From positions 1 through 64,000 of the IMG/VR virus record IMGVR_UViG_3300021256_000087: a stretch of DNA of 64,000 nt. One strand, given 5' to 3'. A program made the position numbers and the translations under genes. Under the pieces are notes generated by a model. That model saw only the letters and a program-made list of their open reading frames with translations, was not told the origin of the DNA and did not search any database. Source of the stretch: a virus (lineage: Duplodnaviria > Caudoviricetes). Positions 5,981 through 16,487 of this stretch are shown here, piece by piece. Positions within the stretch are counted from its first letter, which is position 1; every line of letters begins with the position of its first letter.

Positions 5981-8900
5981 ATGAAAGAGTATTTTAATTA
6001 TCATAGACATACACATATATCAAATATATTTACAATAGATTCTACGACTAAAAATGCGCAGTATGTTCAAAGATCATTAGAGCTTGGACACACTGCTCTT
6101 TCAACGTGTGAACATGGTTCTTTTGGGGATATCTTTGAGTGCCGTACCTTATGTGATAACAATAATCTTAGGTGCGTCCCTGTTTCAGAATTTTATATTG
6201 TAAAAGATTCAGATCCTGAACTTAAAGATAAAAGAAATTATCATATAATTATTGCTCCCCGAACAAATGAGGCTCGTAAGAAATGTAATTACATCTCTTC
6301 TGAAGCCAATATGAGGGGGTATTACTATAAACCTAGGATAGATGTACAACATCTCCTTGAATTAGATCCTCAAGATGTGTACATTACAACGTCATGCGTG
6401 GGTGGAATCCTAAGAGACGAAGACGGCATTAATGACATATTCTTGCCTCTATATAAACACTTCGGAGATAATTTATTTCTTGAAGTCCAGAACCATTTAG
6501 ATCCTAAACAAATTGACATAAATAAAAAAGTGCTTGAACTTAGAGATAAATATGGGCTCAAAATTATTGCAGCCAATGATTCTCATTACATAGATGAAGA
6601 GGGCAGACTCCAGAGAGATGAACTTCTCCGTGGTAAAGGTATGGTCTATACGGAAGAAACCGGATTCATTCTTGATTACCCAGATTATAATACTATGTTT
6701 GAACGTTTTGAAAAGCAAGAAGTTCTTTCTGAATCTCGTATAGAAGAAGCCATTGCTAATACGATGATATTGGCTCAATCGGAAGAAATACAGTTGGATC
6801 ATTCTATTAAAATGCCAACTATAGATCCTGATCTTTCTCCTTTGCAGCGTGTAAATAAACTTAAGAAGTTAGTTAATCATAGATTTACTCAAATAGTTAA
6901 AGATGAGCATATTGAAGGGGAGGAGTTTGAGAAATATAAAGAAGGTATCCGCTATGAGATGAAGATTATTGAAGATACAAATGAAGAAATTCATACTGCG
7001 GATTACTTCTTACTCAACACTAAACTCGTCGATCTCGCTGTGAACAAATACGGTGGAGTACTTACTCGTGGAGGAAGAGGTTCGTGCGCATCGTTTTATA
7101 TTAATAAGATTTGCGGTATGACACAGCTGGATAGATTTAAAATTAATCTTCCAATATTCCCTGATAGATTTGCTTCTACAGCTCGTCTGCTTGAAAATAG
7201 AGCACTGCCGGACATTGATTACAATGTAGAATCTCAGGAACCTTTTGTTAAAGCGGCTCGTGAATTACTTGGGGAACATGGATGTTATCCTATGTATAGT
7301 GCGGGTAATATGCAACTTAAAGAGGCATTTAAAAATCTCTGCAGGAGTAAAGGCATTCCTTTTGAGACTAGTAATCAGATCAGCTCAGAGATTGATAAAT
7401 ATAGAAACGATCCTAAATGGAAAGATTTAATTGCCGAAGCTGAGAAATATATGGGTGTGATCATATCTGCATCTGTACATCCTTGTGCACACCTTTTAAG
7501 TAATGAAGATATTAGGTATGAATACGGTGTTTTAAGATTCGGTGATTCATTGTGTGTTCTTATTACTTCAGCAGAAGCAGACGAATATAAAGTATTGAAA
7601 GATGATTTTCTTATCGTCGAGGTCTGGCATTTAATAGCAGAGACTTTCAAAATGGCCGGAGTTCCTATTCTTCCGGCAATGAAATTATTAGATAATATCA
7701 AAGATGATGATAGGATTTGGAAATTATTAGCCGACGGAATGACTTGCACTCTTAATCAAGTGGATTCACAAAACGGAACACAACAAGAAATGAAATATGG
7801 AGTAAAGAGTTTTGAAGACGGAGCTCTCATTGCCGCCGCTATACGTCCTTCGTTTGATTCTTGGAGGACTAAATTCCTTAATCATGAAGAATACACAACG
7901 GGATCTAAACAGTTAGATGAAGTATTGGTATCGACCGGTGGATATATATTATTTCAAGAAAACCTTATGGAATACTTCCAATGGCTTGGTATCACACCGG
8001 CAGAATCTATAGGATTAATAAAGAAAATAAGTAAGAAGAAGATCAAGCCTCAGGATTTTGCCAAGCTCGAGAATAGAATTCGAAAAGTTTGGATTGAAAA
8101 AACAGGATCCGAAGATATGTTTAATGAAACTTGGGGCATGATTCAAAGTTGTATTAGCTATGGATTCTGCAGCGCTCATGCTGCTGCAACATCACTAGAC
8201 ATGTGCTATGGTGCTTACCTTAAAGTAAATTATCCTTTGGAATATTATACAGTATGTTTTAATACTTATGCGAATAATACCGATAAGACAGCTCGACTGA
8301 CAAATGAACTGAATTATTTTGGAATTAATTTACAAGGAATCAAATTTAGATATTCCACAAAGGATTATAGTTTTGATAAAAATACCAATACTATATATAA
8401 AGGCGTAGCGTCACTACCTTTCTTATCTGATAAAGTGTCTCAAGAATTATATGGTCTTCGTGACAATCAGTATGAAGATTTTATTGATGTTCTTGAGGAT
8501 GTAGCAACCAGTACATCCGCAGACAGTCGTCAGATTAAGATCCTTATATCATTGGACTACTTCTCAGAGTTTGGTGAGATAAATAACTTACTCGATATCT
8601 ATGATAAGTGGTCAGAGTGGCGCAAGAAGAAAACAATAAAGAAAGAATCAGCTGCTGAAATTCTATTCACTTCTGATATTGTTAGTAAGTATGCAGATAA
8701 AATTACAGCAAAGCAGTATTCTGGAGTTAAGATGATACCAATGCTTAAGGATTGGGTAAAGATTCGCCAAGATATACCTACCACATTATTTGATAAGATG
8801 GATTATGAAGCTGAGTGCCTCGGGTACGTAACGACTACAGATCCCACTATAAAATCTGATTACTGGTACGTAGTTACGGTTGAAGGATTTAGTAAGAATA

Positions 8901-9151
8901 TACTAACTCTTTATCAAGTCTGCGATGGTACGGCGAAAAAGATTAAGATAGATAAACACTATACTGTTAAAGAGGGTGATATTATCCACGTACTCGAATA
9001 TTCTGAAGCTCCTAAGTGGCGTAAATGCGGAGAGGATCCAGTCACTCATAAGCCCAAGTTTGAAAAGACTGGAGAGACAGAACGTATTATCAGTAAGATT
9101 GCTCCTGTAACTAGACATAAAAGAGTACTTGACATAGCAACAGAAATGTGA
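5981..9151 (+). CDS. dnaE: DNA polymerase III alpha subunit-like (family C) phage polymerase
   Basis: N-terminal PHP domain (HRHT, AANDSHY), RGGRGSCAS, PDIDY, HPCAHLL, LKDDFL; 1056 aa, no intein visible. Confidence 0.92.
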   Translation: MKEYFNYHRHTHISNIFTIDSTTKNAQYVQRSLELGHTALSTCEHGSFGDIFECRTLCDNNNLRCVPVSEFYIVKDSDPELKDKRNYHIIIAPRTNEARKKCNYISSEANMRGYYYKPRIDVQHLLELDPQDVYITTSCVGGILRDEDGINDIFLPLYKHFGDNLFLEVQNHLDPKQIDINKKVLELRDKYGLKIIAANDSHYIDEEGRLQRDELLRGKGMVYTEETGFILDYPDYNTMFERFEKQEVLSESRIEEAIANTMILAQSEEIQLDHSIKMPTIDPDLSPLQRVNKLKKLVNHRFTQIVKDEHIEGEEFEKYKEGIRYEMKIIEDTNEEIHTADYFLLNTKLVDLAVNKYGGVLTRGGRGSCASFYINKICGMTQLDRFKINLPIFPDRFASTARLLENRALPDIDYNVESQEPFVKAARELLGEHGCYPMYSAGNMQLKEAFKNLCRSKGIPFETSNQISSEIDKYRNDPKWKDLIAEAEKYMGVIISASVHPCAHLLSNEDIRYEYGVLRFGDSLCVLITSAEADEYKVLKDDFLIVEVWHLIAETFKMAGVPILPAMKLLDNIKDDDRIWKLLADGMTCTLNQVDSQNGTQQEMKYGVKSFEDGALIAAAIRPSFDSWRTKFLNHEEYTTGSKQLDEVLVSTGGYILFQENLMEYFQWLGITPAESIGLIKKISKKKIKPQDFAKLENRIRKVWIEKTGSEDMFNETWGMIQSCISYGFCSAHAAATSLDMCYGAYLKVNYPLEYYTVCFNTYANNTDKTARLTNELNYFGINLQGIKFRYSTKDYSFDKNTNTIYKGVASLPFLSDKVSQELYGLRDNQYEDFIDVLEDVATSTSADSRQIKILISLDYFSEFGEINNLLDIYDKWSEWRKKKTIKKESAAEILFTSDIVSKYADKITAKQYSGVKMIPMLKDWVKIRQDIPTTLFDKMDYEAECLGYVTTTDPTIKSDYWYVVTVEGFSKNILTLYQVCDGTAKKIKIDKHYTVKEGDIIHVLEYSEAPKWRKCGEDPVTHKPKFEKTGETERIISKIAPVTRHKRVLDIATEM

Positions 9152-9157
9152 TATAGT
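9129..9157 (+). promoter_or_regulatory. SigmaA-type promoter with extended -10
   Basis: TTGACA-17 bp-TATAGT preceded by TG. Confidence 0.75.
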
Positions 9158-9174
9158 AAATAGAAGGAGAAATT

Positions 9175-9519
9175 ATGTCCGAAGATCGCAACTGCCCCAA
9201 TTGTGGGGCGCCATATGATGTGAAATTAAGCAAATGCCCTTATTGTGGAACAAGTTATTTTGATCTAAGTTGTTTACAAATAGGAGATAAACCTTTTTAC
9301 TTAAAGATTAAGGATCCCGCAAGAGGCATTATATTCACACAAAAATGCTATTTGAAAAACGTGGATGTCTCAATAGAATCTCATGATACATATGCTGATA
9401 GTCCATTTGGATGCAAATCATTTGCTATGTGCACTAGTCGCGATTTGACAATAGATTTAAGTCTTGAAGCTGTTGCTGAAAATGACAAACTTATGACAGT
9501 TATAAAGGAGGATACATGA
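9175..9519 (+). CDS. Zinc-ribbon protein
   Basis: CPNCG...CPYCG at the N-terminus. Confidence 0.7.
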   Translation: MSEDRNCPNCGAPYDVKLSKCPYCGTSYFDLSCLQIGDKPFYLKIKDPARGIIFTQKCYLKNVDVSIESHDTYADSPFGCKSFAMCTSRDLTIDLSLEAVAENDKLMTVIKEDT

Positions 9520-10166
9520 AACCAATTAGTGAATATAATTTTAGAGAGATCGTAGGTCATTTCGTCATAATGAATTCGCAAACAATTCCGTTCCAAAATT
9601 CTAATACTGGGAAAGTTATAGCGTATTGCTACATTGATCCTACCGCCGGAATATCCTTTAATCTTTATGGAGATTTTGAGGATAACAATATAATTCCTTA
9701 CAAGCACGAAGATTCTTTAATGATCCTCAGGTATTTTGAGAAAATAGAATTAGATGTTTACAAAGGAATTTGTACCGATGATATGATGAATTATGCTAAA
9801 ACTATTGATGAGGCATATACCCCTGAGTGGGGAAATATACTTAACGAAGAATCCTTAGATAAATATAGAGATAAAGTTTATCCTTACGATATGTTAATGT
9901 TGGTGGCATCATTAGTTGATAACAATCTTAAGCTTGAATCTTTATGGGTACATCCTACGTATTATGATGAAGGGAAGACATCAATTATGTGCCGTACAAT
10001 AGAAGAGGGGGCATACATAAAGGAAGGGACTGATGTTGCTATAATGTCCAATAAAGTATTAGGAGGGAATGAATTAATGGATCTCCCTGACATGATTGGT
10101 GTCACTCCCGAATTAATAACTTATATCTTTCGAAAAATTAATAAAGGAGAAATAAATGAAAAATAA
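9516..10166 (+). CDS. Hypothetical protein
   Basis: 216-aa ORF with RBS AAGGAGG. Confidence 0.75.
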   Translation: MKPISEYNFREIVGHFVIMNSQTIPFQNSNTGKVIAYCYIDPTAGISFNLYGDFEDNNIIPYKHEDSLMILRYFEKIELDVYKGICTDDMMNYAKTIDEAYTPEWGNILNEESLDKYRDKVYPYDMLMLVASLVDNNLKLESLWVHPTYYDEGKTSIMCRTIEEGAYIKEGTDVAIMSNKVLGGNELMDLPDMIGVTPELITYIFRKINKGEINEK

Positions 10167-11763
10167 AGGATACAAACATAAGTTTAACAAGAACAGAAAA
10201 ACTAATGAACCACAGTACCACTTGGCACCCGAGGCTCTTGAAGAGTTGAGTAACGGCCTTGGAGAAGATGAAGATGTCGAGGAGCTTGTCGCTTTAGCGC
10301 ATCAGCACACAGAGATCGTTGGAGCAAATCCGGCAAATAACTTTATATTCTCTCCGTTGGTAGATGTAATTATACCCAGTCCAAACTACAACCCTAGATC
10401 CACCGCAGCTCAGTATGGTGTAACTCATAATAAAATTGACAGAATTACAATACATCATATGGCCGGTAACTTATCGGTAGAAACGTGCGGTAGAATATTT
10501 GCAGATCCCAATAGAAAGGGATCATCAAGCTACGGAATCGATACTGACGGGCGCAAGGCCGGTTATGTTGGTGAAGAAAACAGACCGTGGACTTCGAGCT
10601 CTAAATATAATGATTTCAGAGCGATTACGATAGAGGTGGCAAATGATACTCTAGACCCCACATGGACAGTATCCGAGGCTGCTCTTAAGTCACTGTATGA
10701 ATTACTTGTGGACATATGTAAACGTAATGGTATCCCTAAGTTGATTTATTCCGATAATAAGGACGACAGGATTAATCAGAGGAATGGTTGTAATGTGACT
10801 TTCCACTCGGACTTTGCTCCTACAGCATGTTGTGGCCCCTATCTTAAGGGTATTATGACCGATATATGTACGGTGGTTAATAATCTCCTTGAGGCAGATG
10901 ACATTCCCACACCTACGCCACAGCCCACACCAACACCTACTCCTCAGCCTGTTCCAGTTCCTACTCCTGCACTTCCTTCAGGAACACCTGACCCATACGC
11001 TGATTACTCAAAAGCATTTTGGGATTTCTTCAGAACGTTAGGAATGCCTGAGTATGGAGTGGCCGGACTGATAGGAAATATATCTATGGAGAGTGCAATA
11101 AGACCTAACAATCTTCAGAATAGTTTTGAGAAAAAGTTGGGTATGAATGATCAACAGTATACTGCCGCAGTTGATAACGGCACTTATAAGAACTTTGTAA
11201 AGGATGGCGCTGGCTATGGTTTGGCACAGTGGACATATTACACAAGAAAACAGGGGCTTCTTGATTTCGCAAAACAGTGTAAAATGTCAATTTGCGATAT
11301 TAATCTTCAGCTCACATACCTTACTCAGGAACTTCAGACTAAGTATAAGGGAGCGTGGGATGGATTATTCGCTGCCAAGTCAGTTCTTGAGGCAAGTAAT
11401 ATAGTTCTTCTGCAGTTCGAAAGACCCGCAGATCAGAGTGTAGCTAACCAGCAGAAGAGAGCACAGTGTTGCCAAGGATATTACGATAGGTTTAAGGGTA
11501 CTGCAATTACTACCTTGTTCCCTATAACTGTTAATAAAACATCGGTCGCAATAGAGACGCAGCCTGTAAATACTATAATTCCTTATCCTGTAAAAGTTAC
11601 AGCACAAGTACTTAATGTACGCACCGGCGCCGGTACGAATTATCCTGTAAAGACTACCATTAGAAAAGGCGGTGTTTATACAATAGTAGATGAGAGGAAT
11701 GGTTGGGGCAAGCTTAAAAGCGGCGCCGGTTGGATTGATTTAAAATATACAAAAAGAATTTGA
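10156..11763 (+). CDS. Modular endolysin: amidase_2 + PT linker + phage tail lysozyme-like + SH3
   Basis: ITIHHMAG...AITIEVAN...HSDFAPTACCG; PTPTPQP linker; GNISMES...GYGLAQWT...FERPA; LNVRTGAG...GWGKLKSGAGWI. Confidence 0.88.
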   Translation: MKNKGYKHKFNKNRKTNEPQYHLAPEALEELSNGLGEDEDVEELVALAHQHTEIVGANPANNFIFSPLVDVIIPSPNYNPRSTAAQYGVTHNKIDRITIHHMAGNLSVETCGRIFADPNRKGSSSYGIDTDGRKAGYVGEENRPWTSSSKYNDFRAITIEVANDTLDPTWTVSEAALKSLYELLVDICKRNGIPKLIYSDNKDDRINQRNGCNVTFHSDFAPTACCGPYLKGIMTDICTVVNNLLEADDIPTPTPQPTPTPTPQPVPVPTPALPSGTPDPYADYSKAFWDFFRTLGMPEYGVAGLIGNISMESAIRPNNLQNSFEKKLGMNDQQYTAAVDNGTYKNFVKDGAGYGLAQWTYYTRKQGLLDFAKQCKMSICDINLQLTYLTQELQTKYKGAWDGLFAAKSVLEASNIVLLQFERPADQSVANQQKRAQCCQGYYDRFKGTAITTLFPITVNKTSVAIETQPVNTIIPYPVKVTAQVLNVRTGAGTNYPVKTTIRKGGVYTIVDERNGWGKLKSGAGWIDLKYTKRI

Positions 11764-11769
11764 CAGCAC

Positions 11770-11798
11770 TTGACATAGTACCAATTATATGATATTAT
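11770..11798 (+). promoter_or_regulatory. SigmaA-type promoter with extended -10
   Basis: TTGACA-17 bp-TATTAT preceded by TG. Confidence 0.7.
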
Positions 11799-11804
11799 AA
11801 TAGT

Positions 11805-11925
11805 GTCGGAGGACGTGGACATCAGATATAAAAAGTTGGTTACAATCAGATAACAAAGTTAGGAAGCTTATTCCCTTATCGAATCTGAGTCCGTAAGAAT
11901 AGGGCGGGTGGCGACTCGCCCTATT
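11805..11925 (+). ncRNA. Candidate sRNA or structured leader
   Basis: Follows the promoter; stem 11817-11827/11883-11892; strong hairpin 11898-11925. Confidence 0.4.
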
Positions 11926-11987
11926 AATGTCTATAAAAATAAACCGTAGCACGGTTATTATATATATCGATAAGAAAGGAGGATTAT

Positions 11988-12578
11988 ATGTCAGAATTTT
12001 CAGGCAAATGTGACGTGTGTGATTGCTACGGCGACCGCAGCAATGAGTACCTTCAAAACAGTAGATTCTTTATTTCCGGTAATGACGGAAGAGATCATCA
12101 GTTAGTCATTAATAATCAAAAAGATCTCGCTAAATATTATCCTTATCTCGTTAGCGCTGCCGGAGCTGATAAAAATAAAGCTTTTGTACACATATCAAGT
12201 CGATGCTTTATTGATAGTGAAGAGGAAGAATTCATTATGGGTACATATAATGAAATCCTTAGATATTACAAACAATGTAAACGAAAAAAGATCCCGTGTA
12301 CTATTGAAGATCTTCATAAAAAGAAACATATTATTGGATGGTGCAGAGAAGAGCTCGACGACTGGGAACTTGAACTTGCTAATCGTATATTAAAGGATGG
12401 CGAGAAGGCTTCAATCGAAGGTATTCACCGTCCTATGCATGAGTATTATCGCAAAAGATGGTATGAATATTTAATCGAAATTGGATACAGTGAATACGAA
12501 GCAAAGCTTTGGGTATACGGATGGAGGAGGACTTGGGATGAGCGCGAAAAGAAGGAAGGCGAGAGCGAAGATATCTGA
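11988..12578 (+). CDS. Hypothetical phage protein
   Basis: 196-aa ORF with RBS AAGGAGG. Confidence 0.8.
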   Translation: MSEFSGKCDVCDCYGDRSNEYLQNSRFFISGNDGRDHQLVINNQKDLAKYYPYLVSAAGADKNKAFVHISSRCFIDSEEEEFIMGTYNEILRYYKQCKRKKIPCTIEDLHKKKHIIGWCREELDDWELELANRILKDGEKASIEGIHRPMHEYYRKRWYEYLIEIGYSEYEAKLWVYGWRRTWDEREKKEGESEDI

Positions 12579-13188
12579 ACTTATCAAAAATAAAAAGCTA
12601 GTAAAGAAGTATGGAAACTGGATTCGGGTCAGATGGTGGGATCGTAAAAAGGGATTTTATAAATATGCTGATAATTACTTAAATGAATACGACGCATTTG
12701 ATAGCGGCTGGGGTATGCTCTGGCATATGATGATTGCCGATCTTGCACCTCTTATGCGCAAGTATAATCTGCAAGACAAGTTTTTCTTTGAGCAGATTAA
12801 AGAAAAGTACGGAGAGATCCGAGCATATCATAATGGAGCGCCTGATGAAATAGATAACATAATCAATGCATACTCAGTTATTTCACGCAATGTATGTCAA
12901 TGGTGCGGACGCCCTGATAGCGCTATCAGCAAAGGATATTGGGTGGATTGCCAGTGTGAACAGTGCTTTGATAAGTATTGGAAGGATAGTGAAAAAGAAC
13001 ATCCTTCTTACAAAGAGCAATACGACACCGAGCCTGAACATTGTAGGATATCGGACATTCGTAAAGTGACACGATTTAGTAAAGATGGTAATGAAACGAT
13101 TGAATACGACATAAAGGATATAGCGGATAGATACAGGAGTAAATGGAATAATAAACACAAGGAGGTTCCTATGAATGGTAGTAGATAA
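12538..13188 (+). CDS. Conserved phage protein with QIKEKYG and CxxC motifs
   Basis: FEQIKEKYGEIRAY...CQWCG...CQCEQC; ATG 12538 follows GGAGGAGG. Confidence 0.7.
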   Translation: MSAKRRKARAKISELIKNKKLVKKYGNWIRVRWWDRKKGFYKYADNYLNEYDAFDSGWGMLWHMMIADLAPLMRKYNLQDKFFFEQIKEKYGEIRAYHNGAPDEIDNIINAYSVISRNVCQWCGRPDSAISKGYWVDCQCEQCFDKYWKDSEKEHPSYKEQYDTEPEHCRISDIRKVTRFSKDGNETIEYDIKDIADRYRSKWNNKHKEVPMNGSR

Positions 13189-15460
13189 AAGAGATGGTAG
13201 GCAGCAAGAGTTTGATCAAAAGAAAATAATTAATGCTATGGTTAAGGCTTATGAAGCAGAACGCGGTGAGGTAGACGAAGAATTTAAACAGTTTGCCGAG
13301 CAAGTCGCCGAGAGCATTGAAAAGCTGGTTAAGTCTTCATGGGAAGTTAAGGATCATAAGGTGTTATCAGTCGAAGATATTCAGGACGTAATCGAGAACA
13401 AACTTATGGCGTCAAGATATAAGGATGTGGCAAAGAAATATATTCTGTATCGAAATAGAAGAACGCGTTCTAGAGAATATAATGCAGACTTTATGAAAGA
13501 AGTTACTCGTAAACTTAAAGCCGACACCGTTGATAATCAAAATGCCAATGTAGACGAGAGGTCTTTTGGTGGGCGTAAAGGTGAGGCAGAAAGCGTATTA
13601 ATGAAGAAGTACGCTCTCGATAATTGCGTATCGGAACTTGCGAGAAGAAGGCATTTAAATAATGAGATTTATATTCATGATCTCGATAACTATGCTGTGG
13701 GTATGCACAATTGTTTGACAATCCCTTTTGACGATATCCTTGCTAAGGGTTTCAACACCAGACAGACAGATGTGCGTCCGGCAAACAGTGTTAATACAGC
13801 GTTTCAATTAGTTGCCGTAGTTTTTCAGTTGCAGTCTCTTCAGCAATTTGGCGGAGTTTCCGCGAGCCATTTGGACTGGACTATGGTTCCATATGTAAGA
13901 AAGAGTTTTTACAAGCACTATAAAGATGCCCTAGTTTACATAGAAGATCTGGGTTTGGAAGACTATGAAAATGGATATATAACAAATGATTTATCTATAG
14001 AAGCAGAAATATATAAGAGGTTTCCTAAAGCGTATCGATATGCGCTGGATATGACTGAGAAAGAAACAAAACAAGCAGTTGAAGGAATGTATCACAATCT
14101 TAATACTCTTCAGTCTAGATCCGGAAATCAGTTGCCATTCACCTCAATTAACTATGGTACATGCACATTACCCGAGGGCAGAATGATTACTAAAGCTCTT
14201 CTTGAAGGAAGCATTAAGGGTGTGGGTAAATTTCATAAGACAAGTATTTTCCCCTGTGGTATATTCCAGTGCATGGAAGGTGTTAATAGGAAAGAAGGAG
14301 ATCCTAATTATGATCTCTTTAAGCTTGCTCTTGAGTCTACAGCAAAGAGATTATACCCCAACTATGCAAATATAGATTGGAGTGGGAATGCTGGATACGA
14401 TCCTAATGATCCTAGAACTTTCTTTAGCACCATGGGATGTAGAACTGCCAACGGATACGATATTAACGGTTTTGGTCAACTCAAAGATGGAAGAGGAAAT
14501 ATCTGCCCTGTAACTATCATTATGCCAACAATAGCTATGGAAGCAGTAACTGTTAGTAGCGAACAAAAAAAGAATGAAAATAACTTTAGTTACTGTGAAG
14601 TTAATAAAGAACTGGCTATTAATAATTTTATGAGATTACTTGACGAAATGATTCATGACGCCAAAGATATGCTTATAGAACGCTTTGAATATATTTGTTC
14701 ACAAGATCCATCCTCTGCAAAGTTTATGTATGAGAATGGTACTATGGCTGGGTATATTCCTGAAGAAGGAATCCGTTCTGCCCTTAAGCATGGAACTCTT
14801 GCCATAGGGCAAATAGGTCTCGCTGAGACGCTGCAGATCCTTATTGGTTGTGATCATACAACAGAGAAAGGAATGGAATTGGCTAAGCGTATTGAACAGC
14901 TATTCAAAGATCGCTGCGCTGAATTTAAAGAAGAGTATAAACTTAACTTCGGTGTGTATATGACCCCCGCTGAAAATCTTTGCTATACAAGTATGAAGAA
15001 GTTTCAGGCTAAGTACGGTAAGATTCCCAATGTTTCTGATAGAGATTACTTTACCAACTCGATTCACGTCCCTGTATGGAAAGAGATATCTCCATTTGAG
15101 AAGATTGATATTGAAAGTCAATTAACAGGATATAGTTCAGCTGGATGTATTACTTATGTCGAGTTCGATGCAGCAGTGATTGATAATATACCAGCACTTG
15201 AAACTGTAGTGAACTATGCTATGGATCATGACATACCTTATTTCGCCGTCAATGTTCCTAATGATTTATGCAGAGATTGTGGATTCACCGGTCTTATAGA
15301 TGATGCATGTCCTCAGTGCGGCGGTAAACATATTGATAGATTACGTAGGGTCACAGGCTATTTAACCGGAGACTATAAAACAGCATTTAATCTTGGAAAA
15401 CAAAAAGAAGTCGAGGACAGATATAAACATAGTCAAAAAATGAGAGGATATAAAACATGA
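13175..15460 (+). CDS. nrdD: Anaerobic (class III) ribonucleoside-triphosphate reductase
   Basis: ATP cone (VDKRDG), IYIHDLD...HNCL, MGCRT, YMTPAENLC, YFTNSIHVP, Zn ribbon CRDCG/CPQCG, RRVTGYL glycyl-radical motif. Confidence 0.95.
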   Translation: MVVDKRDGRQQEFDQKKIINAMVKAYEAERGEVDEEFKQFAEQVAESIEKLVKSSWEVKDHKVLSVEDIQDVIENKLMASRYKDVAKKYILYRNRRTRSREYNADFMKEVTRKLKADTVDNQNANVDERSFGGRKGEAESVLMKKYALDNCVSELARRRHLNNEIYIHDLDNYAVGMHNCLTIPFDDILAKGFNTRQTDVRPANSVNTAFQLVAVVFQLQSLQQFGGVSASHLDWTMVPYVRKSFYKHYKDALVYIEDLGLEDYENGYITNDLSIEAEIYKRFPKAYRYALDMTEKETKQAVEGMYHNLNTLQSRSGNQLPFTSINYGTCTLPEGRMITKALLEGSIKGVGKFHKTSIFPCGIFQCMEGVNRKEGDPNYDLFKLALESTAKRLYPNYANIDWSGNAGYDPNDPRTFFSTMGCRTANGYDINGFGQLKDGRGNICPVTIIMPTIAMEAVTVSSEQKKNENNFSYCEVNKELAINNFMRLLDEMIHDAKDMLIERFEYICSQDPSSAKFMYENGTMAGYIPEEGIRSALKHGTLAIGQIGLAETLQILIGCDHTTEKGMELAKRIEQLFKDRCAEFKEEYKLNFGVYMTPAENLCYTSMKKFQAKYGKIPNVSDRDYFTNSIHVPVWKEISPFEKIDIESQLTGYSSAGCITYVEFDAAVIDNIPALETVVNYAMDHDIPYFAVNVPNDLCRDCGFTGLIDDACPQCGGKHIDRLRRVTGYLTGDYKTAFNLGKQKEVEDRYKHSQKMRGYKT

Positions 15461-15666
15461 AACTTAAGCCATGTCCACTATGCGGCGGCAAAGCAGAGAT
15501 AATGATAGACGTAGGATGTGACGGACGATGTACATATGACGATTGGCTCATCCGCTGTTCTGAATGTGATCTTCAACTACATCGTGCCGCAGATAATTAT
15601 TATGGCAGAGACGCATATACACAAGAAGAAGCTATAGCTGATTGGAATAAGCGAACAGGAGAATAA
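15457..15666 (+). CDS. Lar-family (restriction alleviation-like) zinc finger protein
   Basis: LKPCPLCGG...IRCSEC...AIADWNKR. Confidence 0.75.
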   Translation: MKLKPCPLCGGKAEIMIDVGCDGRCTYDDWLIRCSECDLQLHRAADNYYGRDAYTQEEAIADWNKRTGE

Positions 15667-15668
15667 GT

Positions 15669-16016
15669 ATGAACTCATTAGAAGGTTATGAATCGCCAGT
15701 AAAAGTATATCAGTCTGAATTACAAACGACCATAGAGGATAAAGTTCTGCATGTCGCTCAGAGCATAGATATAGATATAGACAAAAAAGAACTTCTTAAG
15801 GCACTTGCATATGATCGTGACCAGTATAAAAAGGGATATGAGGCCGGATATAACGAGGCGTATCGTGAGGTACATGATCAGTTTTTTAACTTCGCTGCGA
15901 ACATGCGACCAGCTACACCCGAAGAGCGACAAAGTTGTAAAGAATATCTTGACAAGATAAGCACTCCTACGGGAATAAATATTTGGAATTTGTTTAAAAA
16001 TAGCGGATTAGAATAG
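15669..16016 (+). CDS. Hypothetical protein
   Basis: 115 aa, LAYDRDQYKKGYEAGY motif. Confidence 0.7.
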   Translation: MNSLEGYESPVKVYQSELQTTIEDKVLHVAQSIDIDIDKKELLKALAYDRDQYKKGYEAGYNEAYREVHDQFFNFAANMRPATPEERQSCKEYLDKISTPTGINIWNLFKNSGLE

Positions 16017-16028
16017 GAGGACGGGAAT

Positions 16029-16487
16029 ATGTCTGAGAAAATAGAACAGTATCAAAAGGAATTAGATGATCTTGCCGAATCAATAAAGACCTATGATGAA
16101 AAGTGGGCTGAGGCTGGCCGCGATTATAGTAATGAAATTATGAATTATCTAAAAAAGGCTCGTGATTATGTTGACGTAGTCTACGATAAAGGCCTGAATG
16201 ATGCGTGGGAGTGTGTAAAGAAAATCGTTAACATGGAGTGGGACACAAGGCACGAGGTTCTAAACGATCCTAGCATGACGTTATATAGTTTGCTTTCAAA
16301 CGTCACTCCAAAAAGGGCTATTAAGATGGTTGAGAGGTACGAAGAAGATAAGAACCGTGTTACCCGCCGTAGCATCATAAAGACTAAACTCGATGAAATC
16401 AAAGATATGTTCGAAGATCCTGCAACAAATAAAGAATTAATAAAAATATTAGAGGAAGAAGGTGATACCGATGAAACTAGCATTTGA
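16029..16487 (+). CDS. Hypothetical protein
   Basis: 152-aa helical ORF with RBS AGGAGG. Confidence 0.7.
   Translation: MSEKIEQYQKELDDLAESIKTYDEKWAEAGRDYSNEIMNYLKKARDYVDVVYDKGLNDAWECVKKIVNMEWDTRHEVLNDPSMTLYSLLSNVTPKRAIKMVERYEEDKNRVTRRSIIKTKLDEIKDMFEDPATNKELIKILEEEGDTDETSI

Noticed and set aside
5981-15460. Inteins or introns in dnaE and nrdD
   Set aside because: Both ORFs are continuous, of normal length, with no intein splice motifs.
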